From contig OZ287697.1 of NCBI GenBank assembly GCA_965649825.1, positions 434,001-498,000 of the forward strand: 64,000 nt of DNA, written 5' to 3'. Under the pieces are notes generated by a model. That model worked only from the letters and a program-made list of their open reading frames with translations, made no database searches and was not told the origin of the DNA. Made by a program: the position numbers and the translations under genes. Below, in pieces: positions 1-11,900 of the stretch. Position 1 is the first letter of the stretch. Each line of letters opens with the position of its first letter. This DNA comes from Penicillus capitatus (taxonomy: Eukaryota > Plantae > Chlorophyta).

Positions 1-455
1 AGAATGAATGATAGAGTGTATACCAATATCGACCTTCATGCAATACATCCGATCACACCTTGACATTATCTCCTTTCAATCCGTCCCCGAAGGCCAGATA
101 CACACAGGTACGGTCCAGCTGCTCAGATATCTCGCAGACAACAGTTTGGCAACAAACCGTTGTTTTCATCTTCTTACAAACAGAATGTCTTTTATTAATT
201 TAAGATTCAAGTCTGTCATCAAGACTTTATCGAATACAGAAAAAATCGTTTGCCCCATGGGGCAGCTAGATGCCAGGAAAGATCATCATGTGCCGAACAC
301 TATCATCATCTGACTACAAAACTTTCATCCACGAGCCGGTTATTATCACCTAATCCTCGCTGTCGTCAAGTGCAATGGGTTTATTCTAGACGTTCAGGCA
401 ACTCCAAAGTCACGACACTGGAAATCAATTCTTCTATTCGAATCTTTGCTTATTA

Positions 456-1602
456 TTAATTGGCTTTATTCTTCTTCTTTGATCCTGCGGCTTTGGTATC
501 GTCGATGTCTACCGTCGTCGTTCCGGTGAATGCTTCCGAGTGCACTAGAAGGTTCAGAGATGTCAAGAGCATGAAACAGAAGGCATTCTTACGGATCAAT
601 TTCATCCACTTTGTAAATTTGCGGACATTCGTTGCGATGGAAATGCTGTTTGTATCATCACATCGTCCGACAGTGTAGGAAGCAATCGCAATGAGGCTAT
701 CTTCGTAAACTGGCGTAAATGGTGCGTGCATGATAGGACTACCCTCATCTCCTAGAAGCAGGCGATATGTGTGACGTTAAAACGAAACGAATCTAAACGG
801 GACAAACCTGCGCAAATGCCTGCAACTCCGCCGGCTGTTTTGAAACAGACTGAATCCCGACCCATTTTGACGGGCAGGTTGAAGTTTTTGTTACACTCCG
901 ATCGAGTTATGTACTTCAAGTGTCCCCCTTGGAGCTCTGATGAGAACTCTCCAGAGGAACCCGTTCTTCCAAAGCCGAAGGCGGTAAAATGGTCTTGCTC
1001 CGAGTCTCTCTTGCCGATAAACTTGACAGGCTGAACGCAGGTCGGCCTGTCCAGCTTGATGATGGCGATATCGTAGCCGAGCAGCTGGTTCCCTTCCCAC
1101 TTATCATGCATGAAGATCTTTTCTGCCACCCGTTCCTGAGAAGCAGCGGGTTGCCGATGGCAGAGGAGAAGGTCGGGCCGACCTGGATGGGTTCGTCGAT
1201 CCTTCGGCCACCGATGAAGATGATGGGCCTCTCGGCTGCTCTCGCTTTGATGCGTCTATCGACGCAGCCAGCCGAGGTGAGCACAGCATCCTCGGCTATC
1301 ACAATCCCTCCGCAGCTGTGTTTGCCATCCACATCTCTTCAGACGGAAACATCTGTCAGACTGGAGACTGGTGTGGTTGGTGCTCACCGAATGGAGCACA
1401 CGTAGGGCGCATACATCCGGGGACATTCGGTCTCTTTGCTCGTCGCCAGCAGAGTTCGTCGCGGAAGCGAAGAGGCTTCTGTCGCAGACAGGGCGTGTTT
1501 AGTTGACACGCTTCGAGGTTCGAGGTTCTTAGGACCTGTGAAGGCGGTGGGCGAGAGCGAGATTCCCAGCAGTGCGAACAGGAGAAATGCGTTCAGTTCC
1601 AT
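456..1602 (-). CDS. Secreted trypsin-like (S1) serine-protease homolog, catalytically dead, copy 1 (multi-exon)
   Basis: Signal peptide MELNAFLLFALLGISLS. Spliced APYVCSIRDVDGKHSCGGIVIAEDAVLTSAGCV, GYDIAIIKLDRP and CAGDEGSPI are the S1 motifs with AAHC->SAGC and GDSGGP->GDEGSP. Short GT-AG introns join the ORF pieces. Confidence 0.85.
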
Positions 1603-2195
1603 GTTGGCGCTGCGACGATTTGAATGAATGCGTTTAACTGTGTTGCTGAGTAGGTGCGAAAGACGAGAGCGAGAGCGACGACGACAAGAAGTCCAACGGT
1701 TGGGCGATGAGCCTCAACTGTACGGACGAGGTTTCATTTGCTTTCTTAAGGCACGTCGAGTTTGCGTTTTTACGGTTTGCATCGTGCCAGTGAAGCAGCG
1801 CACACCGTCCTGTTTATCCGTCCTCTGAGGCCCTAGTGTCGTGACCGTCTGTTTTTCTAAACATCTGACTGACTTAATTTTCGCTAACTGCCATCGATGG
1901 GACTTTTGTTCTTAGCGAAATTCAATGGAAACAACGTCAGCTTCAGAAAAGTGCGCTACACGTTCGTTCATTAACCACACAAGATGACCCCTATCATGAG
2001 TTAAGTGGGAAGAAGATACGTATCTCCTTCTAGATCCAAGAAACTCCTGGTTGGCCTTGTCCACTGCTGCGAAAAAGTACCGTCACCACAGAGTCATCGG
2101 CGCTATTACTAGAATTCGAAGCGTTTAAAAAAGTTTTTTCAACAGGTCTTTCTGTTAACAAACATCCGCTTTTTCGCACAGGCGATTTTCTGACA

Positions 2196-3484
2196 ATGTT
2201 CTCTTTTGGCGTCTTCTTGAGACTTTGTTGTCTCTTTGCAACCCTTGCCGTCGTCGAGGCTCACAAAAAATGTACACCGCATCCCGTTCTTTTTTTCGTG
2301 CGATGTATACCGTTTGTTGTAGACGGCTACGTCAAAGTCCCAGTGACCGAGCCATGCGTGCTAAAGATAGAGGAAAGAACGACGGAGACCTTGCTTCGCG
2401 CCTCGCTTCTCATGGGAGACAGCTACACGGCTGCGAAAATTCTCTCAGAGTCGAACGAAACTTTCAAACTCGCTGCAGGCTTGACGTATACGCCCGAACA
2501 AGAGTGTTTCATCCAGCGGTCTCAAAATCCTACTCGAGATCCCGACGTCGCCGCCATACAGGTAACGCATCTGACATCCCTCTCATCATCAACATCTACC
2601 CTAACCATGTTTAGGCGATCGCGTTGAGTGCCGAATGGACTGGAGACACAGAAAAGCTCTCAACGGTCATTGCGAGTTCATTTCAACGACCTTGCGAATG
2701 CCCCCGTAGAACCTCATCATGATAATGTCCTTCCATGAGATAGATGTTTGCGCAGTGTTCACACCTTGTGAGCTAGATGAAATGAGATCAGCAATTAAAG
2801 CACTCCTTGACGATCCCTTTGAACGTAAACTCATTCTTGAGTTCAATGGGACCGAAGAGGTGAGTTAGCATGCAGATTGGTCGATGACTAAACATGAGGT
2901 ATTTTTAGGAACTGGACGTCGTTCCAGAACAAGTGCCGGTGCCCGAAAAATCGAGACCATTCGCGTCTTCCAGAGTTCGAATTACGGCACAACCAATTAG
3001 TTTTCCAGATATCTCGGAGGAGCCCAAGCCGGATATCTCTCCGGAAACTCCTGTCAATTCACGCCCAATTGTGTCTCCAGTAATCCCAGAAGAACCTGAA
3101 CCTACAGAATCTCCTATAATTTCTGCCAGTCCGAGACCGATCGTGTCTCCCGTGATCCCAGAGGAACCCGAACCTCTCGATTCTCCAACGACTCCTGTCA
3201 ACCCTCAAGTGTCACCAGATGTTCTTGTCATCGCTGATGACGAAGATGACAGCGAGAGGGACGACAGTGACAGTGAGGACGAGGATGAGGAGGAAGACGA
3301 GGAGGACGAGGATGAGGAGGAAGACGAGGAGGATGAGGATGAGGATGATGATGAAGACGACAGGGACGATGAGGTGGAACGTCCTGGTCGTCGTTTGTTG
3401 GTCACAGATTCTTCTCCGACGGACAGCCTCTTTTGTGCATACTGTCGTCCAGGAAGAGCTTGTCGTACTGTGTTTTGGTGCTGA
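2196..3484 (+). CDS. Secreted protein of unknown family: signal peptide, Cys-containing N-domain, Pro-rich repeats, Asp/Glu tract, GRRLL, C-terminal 4-Cys peptide (copy 1, 4 exons)
   Basis: MFSFGVFLRLCCLFATLAVVEA signal. Three introns (cag|gtaacg..tttag, c|gtagaa..cgcag, gag|gtgagt..tttag) give one frame. The same intron positions occur in the paralog at 29250-30338. Confidence 0.8.
3059..3175 (+). repeat. Coding repeat SRPIVSPVIPEEPEP x2
   Basis: Two 45-bp units with synonymous differences at 3059-3103 and 3131-3175. Confidence 0.85.
3238..3373 (+). repeat. Asp/Glu low-complexity coding tract (GAG/GAC/GAT) with a 27-bp unit polymorphism between copies
   Basis: Poly-D/E translation; the last exon ORF is 183 aa here versus 174 aa in copy 2 (one EDEEEDEED unit fewer). 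Confidence 0.85.
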
Positions 3485-5829
3485 GATCGAGTCTCTTAGG
3501 ACATGCTGCCATCGATTATTTAATACATTGGGTATTCTCTGATTGGATAACATGCTCCTATCTATGCACCCCTTTGGTCGACTTGATCGTATTTTGCTTG
3601 TTCTATCTTTGCAATAACAGGGGAATCTTGTACATTGAACCACGGAAATGGCGGAGCTTGTCCTTCACTATAAATGAACTTAATGGTGGGACCGATTGGT
3701 CATCAACTGTTGCACACCGTCAGTTCTGTTGCCAAACATCAAGCAACCGCCCTCTGAGGACTCCCTGTTTGGGTTCTTCTAATTTCTCTGACAGCTTGTC
3801 TAGTGCATGTTATGAAAGTGGTCCATTTAACCTTGTGACGTGAGTTCGAAGAAGTGAGAGTTAGATCTCGCTCAATCTGCGCAACACAATGTTCTTCGTC
3901 ATCTCTGGATGATTAAGAAACTGTGGATAGAGATTGCCTGTGAGGCTTCTTTAAGCGAAGGAATAACCAACCGTTCGTTAGGCATGCAGCAATGCTCGAT
4001 GCGTGACCATAACACATGATTGTCTGGCGAGATTGCAGAGTGCGTCAACTCGATCGCACATACAAACGCCAATAGATACTACGGCAACCACGAACAAGAT
4101 GCGAACATAAACATCCATCCCATCAGATGAACATCCTTTAAGATATGCTCCCGAAAGCCAATACGTGCAAGATGAGCGGCTCTTACCAAGCAGAGTCACT
4201 TGAGAAACTCGAAATAACTCTCCAAATCCATGTAATACATCACACCGGTTTCGACGTTGATGAGGACAACCTTGAAACTGCCAAAAAGGAACAGGAAATG
4301 ATCGACCCCGTAGTATTCGGCAAAATCGACAGCGCCGGACGATGGTTTCAAGACTGTGCGTGGCCAATGCATTCAGCAGTTTTTTTGGCATGCGTTTTTG
4401 TTAACCCAAAAAAGCGCTAGCATTCGATTCATGTCAGAAAGAGAGTTTTCTTGCTCGATTGCCGATTTGTGAAATGCAATTGTACGATTGTAGAGTCTCT
4501 CGGTTTCAACTCCAGAATTCAATGAAGTCGAATGAAAGAGTCTTTGTGTCGAGGGACAGCCGTTGACTTCCACTGTGACGTCAGTCGGACAGCTGTCCTT
4601 TTCCGGATCACATCAACACCGAGATACTTAAATATTCTGTTGTGTCAAACCTCGTCCGCTGTAACTCTTCTTTTAATCACTGCTTTTTGTGTCGTCCGGC
4701 TCGGCTTCGTTCTCGGTTATAGATTCCGAGTGCGACTCTTGCTCAACCACCGAGAGATACGGTGGGCTTGAGTCAACTTCGTCACCGGGTGCGCATGCCG
4801 GAACTTCAGAGACACTCAGTGGTATCTAAACGTTGATAGTCTTTGCGATTGATCTGGAATGCAACCGGAAGACTCCGCGACACAAAGAGTCAGACTACAT
4901 GGTGAACTTTTTTGCCGTAAGCCGCTCAAAAACTGAATAACATCCTAGCATCCTCACTGGGAGAACGAGGCATTGAGGATTTTTAGGAAGCTGTGTGCAT
5001 GCAGCAGATCTACAATTATGAGCAAAACTGGAAATCACAAAAACGTGGGAATTTCTCAACCTGTCTTGTGTTATTTTGCCTATTGATGTGACTGCGCTGT
5101 ATTAAAACGTCTGGTCGGATCAATCTCTTGTTTTTAGAATTGTTTCTCGTGTCTGCCCTTGAGCCCTGGGGCCGTATCGATAGCAAAGACGACTCGTGTG
5201 ACACCGTCGCCCAGTAAGGCTTCGTTTCTTTAAAACAAGACTCGCGCACGGATTCGTTTCGGCTCGAATTCGATGGTTCGATGATTGTTGCCATTGTAAG
5301 CTTCTTTCCTCTTACGCCATTCGTGTCTTTGAAACCTTTGCTCGGTAGGCGTGTAGTTATACCGCCTTTATGTTCTGTGAATGGAATCTTTCCTTTCAAG
5401 ATTCTCAGGTCAACACTATGTGGGCTATTTGACATTCTGAAAATGGCCTAAGTGTTTTGCAAGTTCTCTTACTGCATAAAAAGTAGGACAGTATAGTTTC
5501 AAGTTTACAACATCTCGAAGATTGCAGGAACGTTAGCTTCTAGCTCTTATGTTTTGAGAGTTAAGTCATAACGCATGTTTCGTGATCGGATGTTTGAATG
5601 GAAAGAAAAAAAAAATCATTAAAAAGGGCAAGCTTTATCTTTTGTCGAGAACTGCGGAGTTCTGTCGGTGAAGGACTTGTATCGGGAGAAAAGTTATCCA
5701 GTTGTTTTTCCCGAGGATGTCATATTTTGGCCGAGTGGAGGTGTGAGTTTAGCGCGAAGGGAGATGTTTAAGGATCGATGGGACATGCACACAATATCGA
5801 GAAGTTGATATCGAACAAGAGTCTTATCA

Positions 5830-6635
5830 TTATGCTTTGGTAGCAATGATAGCGAATGAGATGAAGTGCCATCTTCATCCACTACTCTACCTGCCAAAAA
5901 AGAAAGGACGGATTCGTCTTGTGCGCGATTTGGCTCAGGCTAGTTCTTATTTTGTGCACACAAGCGGGGATATTTGCCTTGAGTCGGATAAGTCTTTAGG
6001 AATATTCCATCTGAGTGGAAGTACTTCGGCAAGATGGACCTAAGAAACGGGTTCTTCTAGATCCCTTGGTCCGAGCAGATTTGTAACATGTTTGGATTCG
6101 TTCGGGAAAGAGATGGAGGTTTTGAGTGCTACCACAAGGGGTGGTCGGCAAGCCCATAGCTATTTCACTTAAAGATTTGCACAAGAACGGCCGATCTGGA
6201 CGTTGTTCGCTACGTGGACGACATTCTGGTCGGGGCAGCTTCCTTGTTCGCGTTGGAGATGAGTGTAAGGGAGGTTATGGACAGATTATAAGTTTATGGA
6301 TTGCAGATCAACTCAAAAAATTCGAGTATGGATTTACAAGCACGAGATTTCTTGGATTCGACGTTTACCCGGATGGATATGTCTGCGCAAAGGAGTTTAT
6401 GCGAAAGGAAAGGAGTTTATGCAATTTTCGGACGCACACAACTCTTTCTTTATGCGAGCACTGAGCGTCGAACAATTTTTAAATCAAGCCGAGAATATCC
6501 TTGTCTTTTCTTTGTAAATCTGAATTACACCAGTTACGTGAATCTAAACCACTCTAGGTTTTTAGGATGGAGATGCGAGAATCAATATTGAACGAACCAC
6601 GAGAAGAAGTGCTCGCGGGAACAAGTGGAAAGCAA
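5830..6635 (+). pseudogene. Highly degenerate Ty3/gypsy reverse transcriptase remnant
   Basis: PKKKGRIRLVRDL, DLRNGFF*IP, GWSASP*LF and VRYVDDILV across stops and frameshifts. Confidence 0.75.
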
Positions 6636-7675
6636 AGAGCAACAAGTGGTCACCTTCTCCAGTGTGTGAATGAATGCTTAAAGTCCTTTTTGCCATTAGG
6701 CATTTAGGACTGAGATACAGGGATTGTTCTGTAAACTTTTAGACAGACAACATAGAGTGGAGGCTGAAACCTCTTCTTTTCGATTCAATTGACATTCGAA
6801 GTAGGCAACACGTAAACAGAAGAAAGTGCAAGTAACAAATAAAGGATCAAGTGAGATTCTGAACGGAGTGGGGTGAGATGGATAATCGATTGTGCTCAGG
6901 GCGAGTCCCCTATGGTAGGATTCTCCTACGGGACCTGCGTACCATACGGTTCCCCAGGCCGCGTTACGCAGTGCTACCCCATAGGTTAATGCTTTCGGGC
7001 AAAGAACTGGCCATATCATAGCTTCTGAGTGGTTCCCAGGACGACGGAGGAGCTACGCTCAGTCCGTTAGGGCCTTCCCAGACAAATACCTAGACGGCGG
7101 TAACGCTATGTGGACTGCTGTCCTGAGTTCTTCGTAAAAGAGCGGGCAGCTCTTGCGAGTAGCCCCTTCGGCAGTAGTTCAAGGTAACCTCAATTTCGTC
7201 TCTACGACTAGGTCGGACTCTTTCTTCGTCTGCTCTCATGAATCAATTACTTCACTTCGACACTGTCCGAATTTGCCTAGGCCTTCTTGATTCTTTGCTG
7301 ATGCTTCCGTCGTGAAGTCATGTTTCGGTTCGCTGTTGTCGACTTCTTTGCTACGGCTGCGATTTTTTACCTCCCGCAGCGGGAGAAAGGACATGTCCCA
7401 GCCTTAGGGGATCTTTCTTCACTGACTTGATGGTGACCCAGGCTCGCCGTCACCTTTCTCGCCTCGTCTTGCTTCGTCGTCCGCAATCTCCACCCGCACG
7501 TACAAACATCCCCGCGCGTCTTCGTTCTGACTGTCGTCCACCTGCTGCGACGTCGGAAACCGCATTCCGCTTACGGGTGACCCACGAACCGGAAGGGCAC
7601 AGTGTAAGCCAGAGCCAACCAAAAACCGTGGTCAGAAGAAAAAATCCGAGCCACGTCCCATCAGGAAGAAAAGAT

Positions 7676-7990
7676 ACCTTCTCCAGTGCAAATCCTTGAG
7701 AGAGAAACGAAGACAACTGTTCTACCAAGACGATCTGCCAATTGATGAACTAGGAACGCTGGTCCAAGAATGCCGACTCTACTTTCGTTTTGCAGCACAC
7801 TGCAAAGACATCTTCCGTATACTCAGGAGAGAAGCAAAATGAAACAACTGTCTCGAACCGAGCATGCATGTACATTTAAAACAACGTAAATGCACAAAAA
7901 CGCTAAGAACCTAACCAATTATGTACGAACCACCAAGAGAACAAGGGCGACATGCCACTGGCGAAGCCCCTCCTGGATTTAAGAATCTCT
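7676..7990 (+). mobile_element. Probable 5'-truncated LINE 3' end (ORF2 C-terminus plus 3' UTR)
   Basis: YLLQCKSLREKRRQLF...DIFRILRREAK* resembles the HxLxxC..L...R tail of non-LTR ORF2. It is followed by ~150 bp and a short (CT)n run abutting the inverted block. Confidence 0.4.
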
Positions 7991-8959
7991 CTCTGTCGGA
8001 GTTCGTCTGTAAGAGCGGCGCTGATGTTTTACATATCTAGGAGACGAGGGAACTCCAATTGTTCACGCCCCCTTCTCGCGGGTCTATAAAGATAGCATTA
8101 TCGCGATTGCCTCCTACACCGTCGGACAATGTGATGACACGAACAGCATTACCGTGGCAACGAATGTGGCTAGGTTTGAAGACTGGATCCTTAAAAAACG
8201 TAAGAAATATGTCCAGCTGATAGATACTCTACCAATTACGGTCAGTTTCTAGTGGCATCTGATACTCTCGGGCAAGTGCGTTCTCTCAGCAAGAAAGCAG
8301 ACTCCAGAAACACGAATCAAGAAGCGGGAGACAGTCTCCAATAAAGAGTGACATATACGCAAGAAGAACCATTGTGGTTTGTTTGTTCCAAGTCCCTAAG
8401 GTGCTTCTATGTCTGATCTGGAATCGACATGGCCACCGTGCAAAATCGGCAGCCTGCCTGAAATGGCATTCGACGGCTACTCGTGATCAGAAGTTTCAAA
8501 ACTGGACAGTGACGCCCTCTCAGTGACCTCCGTCAGCAAGTGGAAGCCTCCGAGGCGAACGATTCCTCCAGTTTCGGTCGTAATCTCCGTCATGGACTCA
8601 AGATGCCGAGCAATAAACTTAACGTGAGAGAAGATGAAAAAAGCATTTCATTGGAGGGAATATTTCTGCAAACGAGAAGACGCAGGCCTATGCGCGGAGC
8701 ACATCATCTTGGATGTCTAATGAATTACACGTCCAGTCCAGCAACACTGTATACATTGACACTACAGATGGTCTCCGGCGATACTGCCTTTGGCAAGGTC
8801 TTCGCTCGGGACAGTTGAAGTTTGAAGACCAAGGGTCATTTCTTGCGGGACTGTCGGTTTACAAGACAACTGCCTGTAAACAGAAGGCATGTTTACCGTA
8901 TAGAGCTTGGCCAGTTCCTGTGCAATCTTTCCCAGTGTTTTCGTTTCGTACTGCTCCAT
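7991..8959 (+). repeat. Inverted duplicate of 26897-27861 (3' fragment of trypsin homolog 2 and 3' part of the MATH-UBL gene)
   Basis: Near-perfect reverse complement, from ctctgtcggagttcg (7991) to tcgtactgctccat (8959); the same 92-aa ORF appears at 8540+ and 27038-. Confidence 0.95.
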
Positions 8960-11900
8960 CTGCGAGTACGAGTCGGGCCAGTGATCAGGACCGGCACTGG
9001 TCTTGAGTGCAGAGACGGCGGGCTTCGGCTGTTCCAGCGTGGCTCGCCACCAGGGGCTGCGACTGAGGAGGTCCGCAATGACATTGGCCACTCCTCTAAG
9101 TGCTTGACTCGGCCGGCGGTCAAGTTGAGAGCATCCAAGCGTCGTTGGACAAGGAAGCTCTGGTCCTTGGTGCTGCTCGCTTGTTTAACAACGGTGGCGT
9201 CTGTGAAAACCGTGAGGTGTTTTCCCATGATTAAATGTCGGACTTCTTTGAGCGCTTTTTCCATCCCGAGTAGTTCGGCCTTCCCGCTGGATCGGAATTG
9301 GTCGCGTTGGAAACCACCGGCTCCCATGCTGAGCAACTGCTTGGTCGCCTTGTCGAATAAAGCATATCCAAATCCGTCCCTGCTTGCATCAACATAGAGA
9401 TCCACAGAGCGGCCCACAGCGTCCGGTCGGTTGTACCAAATGCGATCGAGAGATTGGATGAGAGTCATCCAACGTGAAGGGTCTTCCTTCCAGTATCGTT
9501 GTATGGTCTCTGTATCTGAGTGGGATAGTCTCTGTAGGGCGGCCAGGCTACAGACCTCGTTACGGCAATAGTTCAGTATAGTGTGAAGCAGACCGAGGAA
9601 AGAGCGAACGGCAGTCTTGGTTTGTGGTGGCGACGCCGTGAGTAGCTGCTGGAGCGTCCCCTTTGGTGGTAAAACCCCGTCCTATGTGAAGCGATGTCCC
9701 AAGAACTCGATTTCCGTTACCCCGAAGATGCATTTTCTCGGGGAGGTCGTCCAGCCGTATTTTCGGTAGACGGCTAGCAACTGTGTTGCAGCTGCCACTA
9801 AATCTGATGTCGTTTTGGCTCCGACGCAGACATCGTCGGCATAGCTCTCGATTGTTGCTTGAATGCCTTGTTTTCTGAGTTGGTCTCGTGCTTCAGCAAT
9901 GGTTGTCTGGACAGCTTGGTCGAAGAATGCCATTGAGTTGACCCATCCCATTGGCAGCCGCGTGAAGGCATAGGGTTGCTTGTCGAATACCGTCACGAAG
10001 TACGGCTGGAGGCTCGTTGCCAAGGGGATCTGATAAAACCCGTGCCTGAAGTCAAACTTGGCGAAGGTGTGCATTCCAGACAGGCCTTGAACTGCCCCTT
10101 CGCGATGCATTGGGAGGGCAGGTCTCCTCGCGGTCAGCGTATTCAATCCTCTGAAATCCAGGACTACTCGCCTCTCTAGCGAATCCTTCTTTGCTACTGA
10201 GAACCAAGGGATGACGTGCTTCGGTTTTCCGTAGAATCTTTGCACCACCCCGGCTTCGATAAGTTGATCAATCTCTTTCCTACACGCCGCAGTCTCCGCG
10301 GCGAATGCGTACGGTACCCTGGTAGAAACTGAGTGTAGCTGCCCTTGTACGTCGTCGATGCTGACCTCCCATCCCGAAAAACGTCCAATTCCTTCACGGA
10401 TGACGTCTGGGAATTCGGCCAGCAGTCGTTCCATACTGCAGCAGTCAGTTGTTGGGTTTCTCGATAGTAGGCCTGACTGCTGGTCTACTGCCGTTTGGGA
10501 AAAGACTGTTTGATTCCGCGTAGCTGGCGACGCTGCCCGTTGTGATCACGGATCGTGAGAGTTTCTCCTGTCTGTGCTGGGACCTCGAAAATCGTTGTCT
10601 TCCCCGTAATCCGAATGGGTTCATCGCGATGGTTAGTCAGGACTAGAGTGGAGAAGGTCTCGTATTGTACACCTAGGTGTACGGAGAAGTGAGGTGCAAC
10701 GATTGGCGTCCGTTGGGGCACCATTGACCTCGGAATGACGATCGGCGTCTTCACCATGCGACTCTCTCTGGGTCCCAAAACTACCGACCTATTCAAGGGC
10801 ACTTGAATTCTGTCTCCCTTCGCTGCTGGGAGGTGTTCCACTCGTTCTGTAAACTGCCCAACATCTCCCCGATCGATGATCTCGTTTTTCACTTCCTTGT
10901 CCATCCTCGGTCCCGCAAACAGGCACTTGATGTTCCGTCCCTTGATGCTCACAGATTTGTTGTGAAGGTTCGCCGATATCTGGTTCTTTGTCATCGCGTC
11001 TATCCCCAAGAACAAGTCATACCCTGGATTCGGTAGTACCAGACAATTCAAACGGAAAGTCGGGTGGGTAGTTTTCTCAATCGACACGTCGATTTCGCAT
11101 TTCCCGGTGACTTGTGCCGTCTTCCCGTGAACGAGAAGCAGGCGCGTCCCGTCCGGCGTGATCTTAGATCCTAGTTCCTCGGCTAGGGCGAGAGACATAA
11201 TTGAAGATTCTGCCCCTGTATCGACTAGGGCGTCGATCTTACGTGGATAACCGAGGTGGCTGTGCGAGATAAGCCCAAGCTTCATTACTCTCTTCTGCTC
11301 TTTTTTGTTCGCCGTCTGTGCCGCATAAGTTCACGACATGTCCTGTTCGGTGTCTTCTTCCCCTCCCTCGCTCAATGTCTCGCATATGGGTTCACCGCTT
11401 CCTTCTGGCATACCGTCCTCGGCAGCCACAAAAGCTCGTCGTCCTCCCCACCTTCGTGGTTGATTCATTGGTCTTCTCTGGTTCATTGATCGGTCTTGGC
11501 CGTTGCAGATTCTTTGGAGGAATCTTAGCATGTTCTGGGCCTCTCGTCTTGATGTCTTGCATATTTCCCGTGCCCCAACCATTACCCTTCCTGCGTTCGT
11601 GATGGCAGAGAAATTGATCGTCCCGTCGCTTCCAACAAGTCGTCCGTCCGTCGCGACGTTTGCTTATACGATACCGAGGTCGATATCCATTGCATCCTCA
11701 TCCACACCCGTCTTGGAAGACGTCCCCGACTCCCAAAAGCTAACATTTCGGATGACGTTCCTGAGATCTACCGGTGTGGCCGTCGCTGAGGGATACATTA
11801 CCAGTCTCTTCAAATGGACTGGCAGCTTCCTGTACAGTGTCTTCACCTGTGTCTCCCTGGACGCCGCGGAGACCGTACATGCGGCAAAATATTTGTCCAC

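Larger units (their letters stand above)
1856..6635 (+). repeat. 4.8-kb direct segmental duplication, copy 1 (copy 2 at 19728-24481)
   Basis: Sequence from tctaaacatctga (1856) to caagtggaaagcaa (6635) recurs at 19728-24481; the ORF track lists identical proteins offset by ~17.85 kb. Confidence 0.95.

Noticed and set aside
1-455. ORFs at the window start as integrase or gene remnants
   Set aside because: No recognisable motifs in any frame.
3205-3643. Poly-Ser ORF and hydrophobic 'membrane' ORF on the minus strand
   Set aside because: Antisense shadows of the Asp/Glu tract.
4000-5500. ORFs of 80-140 aa within the duplication as gag/protease of the RT remnant
   Set aside because: No convincing gag, zinc-knuckle or DTG/DSG motif; left unassigned.
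11328-11333. Programmed stop read-through between gag and protease in element A
   Set aside because: It is one of several in-frame stops in a decayed copy and lacks a recognised read-through context.
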